This document shows, piece after piece, positions 45,000-52,286 of a DNA stretch of 64,000 nucleotides (position 1 is its first letter; every line of letters begins with the position of its first letter). Source of the DNA: a virus. Taxonomy: Duplodnaviria > Heunggongvirae > Uroviricota > Caudoviricetes. Below the pieces are notes generated by a model. It made no database searches. It was not told the origin of the DNA and saw nothing but the letters and a program-made list of their open reading frames with translations. Position numbers and translations under genes: made by a program. The stretch is taken from positions 577 through 64,576 of the IMG/VR virus record IMGVR_UViG_3300050821_004987. One strand, written 5' to 3'.

Positions 45000-45478
45000 G
45001 AAATACTAGCGTGTTGCAAGATTGGTTGGTCCAGATTCCAATTCGGATGCAGTCGACGTTGATTCTTGGGCTGCGTGGGCCAGATACGCACTGTACGCCG
45101 GGAGTCAAGACAATCACACGGTGGCTTCGCGGGCTAGCGTTCAAGCCAGGGAATCCAGATAACGTCAGAGAGTTTATGACGAAAGAGCCGGAGCTGATTT
45201 TGGAGAAAGGTCCAACAGCTAAAGAATTAGAATTCTGTACCCAACATTTCTACAGCCATCTGATGCATTCGTTGGAGGTGGTTGCTTATTGTCATCCAGA
45301 TAGAGAGATATCCCGGGTAGCGCACGATCGATATACAGCGATGTGTGCGGCTTTTCATTTACCCATCGAGTCGGTACAAGAGTTTACAGAAAGACTTGGG
45401 CATAGAAGTTGGCCGGGTGGGAGTCAGCCAGATACGTTTGAAGATGCGATTAGTTTGTTGGATGGAGAAGTAAAATGA
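44996..45478 (+). CDS. Hypothetical phage protein
   Basis: SVLQDW...MQSTL...RGPD; HFYSHLMHSLEVVAYCHP. Confidence 0.65.
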   Translation: MRNTSVLQDWLVQIPIRMQSTLILGLRGPDTHCTPGVKTITRWLRGLAFKPGNPDNVREFMTKEPELILEKGPTAKELEFCTQHFYSHLMHSLEVVAYCHPDREISRVAHDRYTAMCAAFHLPIESVQEFTERLGHRSWPGGSQPDTFEDAISLLDGEVK

Positions 45479-45678
45479 GTTTTTGGGTAGGGGTTCTTAA
45501 AGGTCAATATGAGAATCATGAAGTTTTTTCTTCTAGTAAAGATCCTGAGCCAGAAGATTTTCCAAAGTATGATTATGTAGTTGGACCATTCAGTAAAAAG
45601 AAAGAAGCCGAAAAGAAAGCTAGAGAAGAAAAGAATCAGACCGGAATGTTTCATCCTTTTCCAGGACATCCAAGATGA
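45475..45678 (+). CDS. Small hypothetical protein
   Basis: ATGA-coupled on both ends. Confidence 0.55.
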   Translation: MSFWVGVLKGQYENHEVFSSSKDPEPEDFPKYDYVVGPFSKKKEAEKKAREEKNQTGMFHPFPGHPR

Positions 45679-46565
45679 GTCTAGTCAGCAAATTCGGCGA
45701 TCTTGATGTCTATCTTGGAGCAGATCACAGCCAGTTAGAGATTCGTGTGCTGGCTCAGATGTCAAAAGACAAGAGGCTGATCGAGCTAATCCAATCGGGA
45801 GAAGATATCCACGCATCAGTCGGACATGAGTTAACCGGGCAGCCGATTGCAAAGATCATGAAAGACAGGCCTCTCAGAACAGCAATCAAAGGGCTACACT
45901 TCGGAATCATTTACGGGTTAACAGAAGAATCGCTGTACTACCATTTGCTGAATGAGGCTTTGGAACGTGGTGAGCCATTCAACATGTCGAAGGAAGACGT
46001 AGCCAAGCTGTGGAAAGCCTATTTCAAGAGGTTCTCTGGAGTAGCAGAATTCATCGAGCACCAGCATCAGTTTGCACAAGACAATGCCTATGTGGAAACT
46101 TTGTTTGGTTTCGTCAGAGAGATTGCCATTGCTGGAGATGAGACGAGAACAACATTCTGGGCAAACCAAGCAGTTAACAGCCCAATTCAGGGAACAGCTC
46201 ATCAGTTGATGTTGATTGCGATGGCGATCATCGGGATTAAGCCACAGACATACAATTTGCTCCAGCGGCCATCGATGGAAGTGCATGATTCGCTATATGT
46301 TTTCGTCAAGCTATTGAAGCTGGTAGAAGCGTACAAGCAATTTAATCAGCTGATGGAGAAAGAGATTCTGGTCTACGTAGCTAAATGGTGGCCAGAAGTA
46401 AAGTGGGTCGTTCCGTTGAAATCTGAAGCTAAAGCCGGATTCAGACTGGGAGTGATGGTCGAGTATGCTGGTGAGCCACCAGAAGAGTTTGTCGAGAAGT
46501 GGTGCCAGAAGAACCAACAGTTTCAGATTAAACTTCAAAAGGAAATGAAAAAGGAAGTTGTATAA
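45675..46565 (+). CDS. polA: Family A DNA polymerase, C-terminal catalytic part (motifs A, B, C)
   Basis: ADHSQLEIR (A), RTAIKGLHFGIIYG (B), NSPIQGTA, VHDSL (C). Confidence 0.92.
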   Translation: MSLVSKFGDLDVYLGADHSQLEIRVLAQMSKDKRLIELIQSGEDIHASVGHELTGQPIAKIMKDRPLRTAIKGLHFGIIYGLTEESLYYHLLNEALERGEPFNMSKEDVAKLWKAYFKRFSGVAEFIEHQHQFAQDNAYVETLFGFVREIAIAGDETRTTFWANQAVNSPIQGTAHQLMLIAMAIIGIKPQTYNLLQRPSMEVHDSLYVFVKLLKLVEAYKQFNQLMEKEILVYVAKWWPEVKWVVPLKSEAKAGFRLGVMVEYAGEPPEEFVEKWCQKNQQFQIKLQKEMKKEVV

Positions 46566-46574
46566 TCAATTGTC

Positions 46575-47072
46575 ATGCCAAAGAAACCATTGATCGGCGA
46601 AGTAGACGTGCATGAGCTGCTAGATCATCTGGCTTTTGCACAAGAAGAGACAGAGTTAGCGGCTCTTGAGCAAGCGAAATGTTATATGGCTGCCGTCACT
46701 TATCGAATCAAGAAGATGCGCATCCGACAAGAAGCTGAGATGCACGCTGACAATCTGAGAACAGACTACAGTTTGAAGATGAGATTCAAGCACAAAGGGA
46801 AAAAGGGAACGACAGAACGAATGATCAGTGAGTTGGTCGAACGAGTCCCAGAACTACGGACAGCAGTAGAAGAGTTGGCAACGGCGAAGAGAATAGAAGA
46901 ATGGGCGAAGGGGCTGTTGGATGCCTATGAGCACAGACGTAGTTCAATCAAAGTGTTAGCTCAGTACGCATTCATGCAAGATAATTTTAGTGGTCAGCAT
47001 ACAGTCGAGCAGATGAAGAACAAGCGGGAACGTTTGAAAAGATCGATGGGGAAAGAAGAGGTAGAGGAATGA
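46575..47072 (+). CDS. UvsY-like recombination mediator
   Basis: Helical; TERMISELV...LLDAYEHR pattern; next to SSB and RecA. Confidence 0.55.
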   Translation: MPKKPLIGEVDVHELLDHLAFAQEETELAALEQAKCYMAAVTYRIKKMRIRQEAEMHADNLRTDYSLKMRFKHKGKKGTTERMISELVERVPELRTAVEELATAKRIEEWAKGLLDAYEHRRSSIKVLAQYAFMQDNFSGQHTVEQMKNKRERLKRSMGKEEVEE

Positions 47073-47287
47073 GTGTGGTAGATTGGTTTGCAATTTTCTT
47101 TATAACAGTCACCAGTCTTACGGCTATTGGTTGCATGGCTCAAGTTTTGTTGGGGACAGTAACTAAGCATGCGAAAGAACTTATCGAGTTTTATTTGACT
47201 CGGAAGAAGGAGATGATTGAAGCGTTGGAAGCTGAGATGGAGGCGGATCAAACAACACAAAGTGGGAAAAAATTTCGTAGTAACTAA
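47069..47287 (+). CDS. Small membrane-anchored protein
   Basis: N-terminal hydrophobic helix. Confidence 0.55.
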   Translation: MSVVDWFAIFFITVTSLTAIGCMAQVLLGTVTKHAKELIEFYLTRKKEMIEALEAEMEADQTTQSGKKFRSN

Positions 47288-47308
47288 TCACGAAAGGAAA
47301 AAAGCAAG

Positions 47309-48349
47309 ATGGATAAAAAGGAAGCAGCAAAGGCAAAACTAAACGAGCGATCGGCAGGGAAACGATTCAAGTTGCCGGAAGGCGATACGACGTTTCGAGT
47401 CATGCCGAACGCACGTGGGACAGAGAAGGCCGAGTACATCGAGTACAGGATGCATTCGAACGTCGGCGCCCGGAAGGCTTATCTTCGTTGTGGAAAGAAG
47501 ATGAGTGGAGAGGGCGAATGCTGGTTGTGTGATGAGCAGATTCCGAAGTTGGAGAAGTCACCTAAATCCCCACACAAGGCGGCAGCAGAAGCCCTAGCAG
47601 CGAAAGAGTGCTTTGCCGTCCAGATCATTTACGTCATGGATGGCAAGTGGGTCGGGCCAACGCTTTGGGAGATGTCGGGTGGGGTAGCCAACAAGCTGTT
47701 GGGTGTGATGTCGAGACGAGACGTCAGCGATCCAAAGAAGGGATATAACCTAACGATCTCTCGTAAAGGCACGACGATGACGACCACGAAGTACGGCGAC
47801 ATCGATCGAGACGACGAGAAGTCGGAAGTCCCAGAGAAGTTGCTGGCCAAGCTCAAGCCATTCAAGGAAGTGCTCAAGGCTTATGACGAAGCTGTCATGA
47901 AGGCCGAGTACTACGGACATGAGCAGGAGCCAGACGAACCAGAAGAGCCTGCTGAGGAAGAAGAAGTCAAACCAAAGAAGCCAAAGAAACCAGTAGTCGA
48001 GGAAGAGGAGGAGACAACAGAAGAAGAGACAACAGAGGGGGAGACCGAAGAGGAAGAAGCTCCACCGAAAAAACCAGCCAAGAAAAAGCCGGTAGTTGAA
48101 GAAGAGGAAGAAGAAGCCGGCGAGACAGAAGAGGACATCCCTGAGTTAGAGGAAGAGGAAGAAGCTCCACCGAAGAAAAAGAAACCGAAGCCAGCTGAAG
48201 AGGAGGAAGAGAGTGAGTCAACCGAAGAGGAAGAAGAAGCGCCAAAAAAGCCAGCAAAGAAAAAGCCAGTCGTTGAAGAAGACGAAGAAGAGCCTGCTCC
48301 AACGTCAAAGAAAAAGCCCAAGCCAGCCCCAGAAGACGACGACGAGTAG
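47309..48349 (+). CDS. Single-stranded DNA-binding protein (gp32-like) with very long acidic/lysine repeat tail
   Basis: FKLPEGDTTFRVMP, C..CWLC, GYNLTISRKG; tail with EEEAPPKKPAKKKPVVEEEE repeats. Confidence 0.75.
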   Translation: MDKKEAAKAKLNERSAGKRFKLPEGDTTFRVMPNARGTEKAEYIEYRMHSNVGARKAYLRCGKKMSGEGECWLCDEQIPKLEKSPKSPHKAAAEALAAKECFAVQIIYVMDGKWVGPTLWEMSGGVANKLLGVMSRRDVSDPKKGYNLTISRKGTTMTTTKYGDIDRDDEKSEVPEKLLAKLKPFKEVLKAYDEAVMKAEYYGHEQEPDEPEEPAEEEEVKPKKPKKPVVEEEEETTEEETTEGETEEEEAPPKKPAKKKPVVEEEEEEAGETEEDIPELEEEEEAPPKKKKPKPAEEEEESESTEEEEEAPKKPAKKKPVVEEDEEEPAPTSKKKPKPAPEDDDE

Positions 48350-48454
48350 TCCCGGTGAGATCGTTGATAACGATCCATTGGGTGTGGGAGAAGACGTCGA
48401 AGGGGATGGAGGGGTCACAGACGAGATGTTGAAAGAGAACGAAGAAGATACGAA

Positions 48455-49378
48455 ATGAAACAACAACAATCAACCAAGACGCCTCGTCCGCTCTCACCAG
48501 CGGACGAGGTAGCTCTTATCAGAAAAAAGCTGAAGCATTTCACGACCGAGAAACAGGTCAAGTACTGGCTAGATACCGGGAGTCCCAGACTAAACAGTAT
48601 CTATGGATCAGAAGAGATGGGCATTCCCTACGGAAAGATGTTCGAGACATCCGGCTTCGAGTCTCAGGGCAAAACAGCCCAGATGAAAAAGATCGCTGGG
48701 ATAGCTCAACGAGATGGAGCAAAAGTAATCTGGGTAGACTTGGAAGATAGTTGGGATCCAACGTGGGCATTGACACTCGGTTTGAATCCAGACGAAGTTT
48801 ATCTTTTCCAGCCACAGATCGGAACGTTTGGGAAAGAGACCGAACAGAGACAGCACACCGCAGAAGAGCTGCTCATGGAAGTAGAGGAGCTAATCAAAAA
48901 GCTGGGTAAAGAGAATCCAGAGGGGCGGATATTCTGTTGTATAGATTCTATAGCTGCCATGCTGACAGAAGAGGAAGCGGCAGCTGGGATTCAAGAACAG
49001 AATATGAGAACGAAGGTTTCGTTAGCATCATTTCTTTCTCAGCTGCTCAGGCGGTGGGTAGCTTTCGTAGCCAACTACAATGTGATGATGATGTTCATCA
49101 ATCAGTTGCGAGTAGCTCCGGGTGCTTGGGGAAATCCAGAGTACACGCCGGGTGGTAATGCTGTCAGACTCTACGCAGCTGTTCGAGTCCGGATGCGTAG
49201 AAAATCGAAGAAGATTTTGAAAGGTGGAGAACAGATCGGTATCAAAGGTACGATATCGAACTGGAAGAACAAAGCCGGTGCTGGATCGAGAGAGGGTCTC
49301 AGGATCGGTTACAAGCTCTATTTCATCGGCAAGATAAAATACATCGACGCCGAAGATGTAAAGACAGAAGGGGAGTAA
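48455..49378 (+). CDS. recA: RecA/UvsX recombinase
   Basis: DTGSPRLN, GIPYG, SGFESQGKT, IDSIAAM, FINQLR, TPGGNAVRLYAAVRV. Confidence 0.92.
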   Translation: MKQQQSTKTPRPLSPADEVALIRKKLKHFTTEKQVKYWLDTGSPRLNSIYGSEEMGIPYGKMFETSGFESQGKTAQMKKIAGIAQRDGAKVIWVDLEDSWDPTWALTLGLNPDEVYLFQPQIGTFGKETEQRQHTAEELLMEVEELIKKLGKENPEGRIFCCIDSIAAMLTEEEAAAGIQEQNMRTKVSLASFLSQLLRRWVAFVANYNVMMMFINQLRVAPGAWGNPEYTPGGNAVRLYAAVRVRMRRKSKKILKGGEQIGIKGTISNWKNKAGAGSREGLRIGYKLYFIGKIKYIDAEDVKTEGE

Positions 49379-49381
49379 GGA

Positions 49382-49687
49382 ATGGCCGAGCAGCAAGTAG
49401 AACGTTCAAATAGTGGAGTACCATCGCGCACACAATTTTCCAGCAAAGCTTTGACCGAGCGTGCTTTGAAGAGGAAGATCGATAGCGTACTTCGTCTTCA
49501 CGTCATAAAAGACCGAAACTTCATTCCAGAGGCGTCGACGCTGGTTTTGAAGAGGTGGCTCAACGGCTTGGAGTTGACGATCGCTGAAAGAGAGATCGCT
49601 TGGAGAATGACAGACGAGATTCTTTCGATGTATGAAAGAAGAATGAAACAGCTACGGACAGCGATTATAGAGTTGATGTGTAAATAA
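49382..49687 (+). CDS. Hypothetical protein
   Basis: ORF with RBS. Confidence 0.55.
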   Translation: MAEQQVERSNSGVPSRTQFSSKALTERALKRKIDSVLRLHVIKDRNFIPEASTLVLKRWLNGLELTIAEREIAWRMTDEILSMYERRMKQLRTAIIELMCK

Positions 49688-49700
49688 AAAGGAGAATGAG

Positions 49701-49964
49701 ATGGCAACGAAAGCAGACAAGGACAAGATCGCAGTTGAAAAGACGACGTCACAGCAGGAAGTAGTTTTGAAATTGTGGGTGGCCGTGGCTTCTGGTGAGA
49801 TGTCGATGCAGATAGCAGAGAAGCAGCTGCGTGATTACGTCGACTCACTGCCAGAAGATCAGAAGGAAGAGTTCCGGTTCAAGGCGAGAACATTCGGTCG
49901 GCTGTTGATGTCAGTGACAGAAGCCTTTTCCCAGGTGTTGACCGTAATAGCAGCTGGGCAATGA
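49701..49964 (+). CDS. Hypothetical protein
   Basis: AAGGAG RBS. Confidence 0.6.
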   Translation: MATKADKDKIAVEKTTSQQEVVLKLWVAVASGEMSMQIAEKQLRDYVDSLPEDQKEEFRFKARTFGRLLMSVTEAFSQVLTVIAAGQ

Positions 49965-50048
49965 GTTTGGCAAGGTAAGGTGTGGCAAGGTTTGGTAAGC
50001 TCGGGTGTGGTTGGGTTAGGTCTGCTAGTGTGGGGTAAGGTGGGGATA
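49964..50048 (+). repeat. In-phase GGTNN pentamer array 3 (17 units including leading AGTTT)
   Basis: agttt ggcaa ggtaa ggtgt ggcaa ggttt ggtaa gctcg ... ggtaa ggtgg ggata. Confidence 0.9.
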
Positions 50049-50049
50049 A

Positions 50050-50175
50050 ATGATCGAGACTTGGATTCTGAATCATAAGATACTAGCACCAGTATTGGCT
50101 CTGGTGCTGTCGTTTGGTTTTGTCGAAGGGGTACACAGGCTGGTTTGGTGGCACAGAAAGCATGGGAGTAAGTGA
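50050..50175 (+). CDS. Small membrane peptide
   Basis: Own translation MIETWILNHKILAPVLALVLSFGFVEGVHRLVWWHRKHGSK; coupled to next gene. Confidence 0.4.
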   Translation: MIETWILNHKILAPVLALVLSFGFVEGVHRLVWWHRKHGSK

Positions 50176-50837
50176 TGGAAGAGAAAGAGTTGATCGATTC
50201 TTTTCATCGTCTCTGGTACTCGAAGGGCCAGCTCCAGATGAGAATTGGAGAAGGTGACGATCAAGTTGTCGTGCAGTTGGATGCGAACTATTGTGGTAAG
50301 TATCTCATTCAGAAGAATCCGCTCGATCTCTGGATCTACCAGGAAATTCTGTGGGAGTGTAAGCCAGATTTGATAGTAGAGATGGGTACAGCATCAGGAG
50401 CCTCAGCATTGTTCATGGCTCATGTTTTGGATTTGATTGGCAACGGGCAGATCATTACAGTCGACATTGACAATCGGCTGGGGATTGTGCCACCACACGA
50501 TCGGATTACTTACGTCGTCGGGGATTCAGTCAATCCATTGATACGTGACGAGATCCAGAACAGGACAGATGGAAAGAAAGTGATGGTCATTCTAGATGAC
50601 GATCATAGTACGCCACATGTGATTCAAGAGTTGATGATGTATTGGAGGTTGGTGACATCAGGTCAGTATTTGATTGTGGAGGACACGAACGTGGACGCTC
50701 CTCTAAATTTCGGTTATGGACCAGGTTGGGCGGTAAAAGAGTTTCTTAGTTTGTATAATGAACAGTTCGAGGTAGATCGAAGACGTGAGAAGTTTTTGAT
50801 GACTTGGAATCCGGGTGGGTATCTTAGAAGAAAATAG
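50172..50837 (+). CDS. CmcI/cephalosporin hydroxylase-family (rhamnosyl O-) methyltransferase
   Basis: IQKNPLDLWIYQEILWECKPDLIVEMGTASGAS, ILDDDH, LIVEDT, TWNPGGYL. Confidence 0.88.
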   Translation: MMEEKELIDSFHRLWYSKGQLQMRIGEGDDQVVVQLDANYCGKYLIQKNPLDLWIYQEILWECKPDLIVEMGTASGASALFMAHVLDLIGNGQIITVDIDNRLGIVPPHDRITYVVGDSVNPLIRDEIQNRTDGKKVMVILDDDHSTPHVIQELMMYWRLVTSGQYLIVEDTNVDAPLNFGYGPGWAVKEFLSLYNEQFEVDRRREKFLMTWNPGGYLRRK

Positions 50838-50854
50838 CACGAAGGGATAGCACG

Positions 50855-51883
50855 ATGAAACGTACGTTAGCCCATACATTACGTCCTAAACGTCTCAGCC
50901 AGTTGATTGGGCAAGACACGCTGGTCGCGACAATCAGAAATCAATACAGCAGTGGTAGAGAGCCATCGGCCTGGTTATTTGTCGGACCTACTGGTACGGG
51001 CAAAACATCAGTGGCTAGGATTTTGGCTGTCTCATTGCAATGTACACATGCCGAATTCGGTGAGCCTTGCGACGCTTGTCTGGAAAAGAAAAACGACTTC
51101 TCGATCAGAGAGATCAACGCCTCAGAAAATTCCGGTGTGGATGAGATCAGAAAGATAGCTCAGGGTTCGATGTATCTACCGTTAGAAGGTTCTAGACGAA
51201 ATGTTTTTATGTTAGATGAGGCGCAGAGACTTTCCAGAGATGCCCAGAATCTATCGCTCAAATATTTAGAGGACGCACCTGAGTCGACGGTATGGATTGT
51301 CGGTACGACAGAAGAGAATAAATTGCTGCCAGCAATTGTCAGGAGATGTGAGAGGGTGCAGTTGAAGTTGCTCCAGGCTGACAATATCTTGAAGTTGGTC
51401 AAGAGGGCTTTCAAGTTTGTAGGCGAGGTAAAGAAAAAACCTGAGCCGCTGGTAGCCAGTTTATGGGAAGGAAGGATTCAGTCGCCTGGATTGATTTTGA
51501 ATGCAGTGGAGTTATATCTAGCTGGACAGACTTCGAAAGAGGCAGTAAGGAATATCGGGTTTGGAGCAGACACGCTGGCAATTTGTAGATCATTGGAGAA
51601 AGGAGATTGGGATGCCATCCGTAAGGAAACGAAAGAAGCGACAGCTGATGACCTTCGAGGGATTCGTGCACAGGTTTCTGGATACTTGCGAAGATGTTTG
51701 GAGAGAGCGATACCGGGTCCACGCGCCGGAGAATTCGCAAAAGCCATTGGTAGAATGGCACAAGTTGATAGCTACACGGATGCGACACAGGGACCAGCAA
51801 CTGTTGCCGTACTTTATGAGCTCTGCCAGATTTTTGCGGGACCGATAGCAGATGACATAGATGAGGTCAAGCACGATGATTAA
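50855..51883 (+). CDS. dnaX: DNA polymerase III gamma/tau-like clamp loader ATPase
   Basis: LRPKRLSQLIGQ, GPTGTGKTS, C...PCDAC, EINAS, LDEAQRL, IVRRC. Confidence 0.9.
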   Translation: MKRTLAHTLRPKRLSQLIGQDTLVATIRNQYSSGREPSAWLFVGPTGTGKTSVARILAVSLQCTHAEFGEPCDACLEKKNDFSIREINASENSGVDEIRKIAQGSMYLPLEGSRRNVFMLDEAQRLSRDAQNLSLKYLEDAPESTVWIVGTTEENKLLPAIVRRCERVQLKLLQADNILKLVKRAFKFVGEVKKKPEPLVASLWEGRIQSPGLILNAVELYLAGQTSKEAVRNIGFGADTLAICRSLEKGDWDAIRKETKEATADDLRGIRAQVSGYLRRCLERAIPGPRAGEFAKAIGRMAQVDSYTDATQGPATVAVLYELCQIFAGPIADDIDEVKHDD

Positions 51884-52286
51884 AGTAAAAATGAAGGATG
51901 CTGAGGGCCACGGTTACTGGTTATACGAAGACGGGCAGTTTGTTTTAGCGCTCAGAGATAAGCCAGCAGTTGGAGCACAGTTCAGAACGATCGCATGGTT
52001 GCGAAAAGGAGTATATGCTCTCAGTCATCCTCACTGGCATAAACAACACAGTTGTTGGTACCCCAGTCGGTTCCCACTGCTGAAGACAGTTTCGTATGGG
52101 ATAGAGATCATTTTTGTAAATGAGTTGGTGGATGGTGAGACGTTCAGTGGCTTCGTTCATCCAAAGGTTTTGACAAAAAGAAACGTGCAGTGGCATTCAA
52201 CGGGCTATGAGATTCAGTTGAAGCTGATGCCGAAGGATTTGAAAAAGACGAAAGAAGAAGCGACTGAGTATTGGGAGAGTTTGTGA
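51876..52286 (+). CDS. Hypothetical protein
   Basis: Coupled ORF. Confidence 0.55.
   Translation: MIKVKMKDAEGHGYWLYEDGQFVLALRDKPAVGAQFRTIAWLRKGVYALSHPHWHKQHSCWYPSRFPLLKTVSYGIEIIFVNELVDGETFSGFVHPKVLTKRNVQWHSTGYEIQLKLMPKDLKKTKEEATEYWESL

Noticed and set aside
44581-45674. Group I/II intron interrupting polA
   Set aside because: The interval is fully occupied by three ATGA-coupled ORFs with no recognisable intron core; considered unlikely, though RT-PCR is the decisive test.
49170-49200. tRNA T-loop-like GTTCGAGTCC
   Set aside because: Lies inside the recA reading frame with no cloverleaf; no tRNA gene was found in the window.
36786-50048. GGTNN arrays as CRISPR arrays or coding repeats
   Set aside because: Unit is 5 nt with no repeat-spacer structure and no cas genes; + strand frames hit stops quickly, and the - strand ORFs over them (42279..42491, 49859..50089) are low-complexity shadows lacking RBS.
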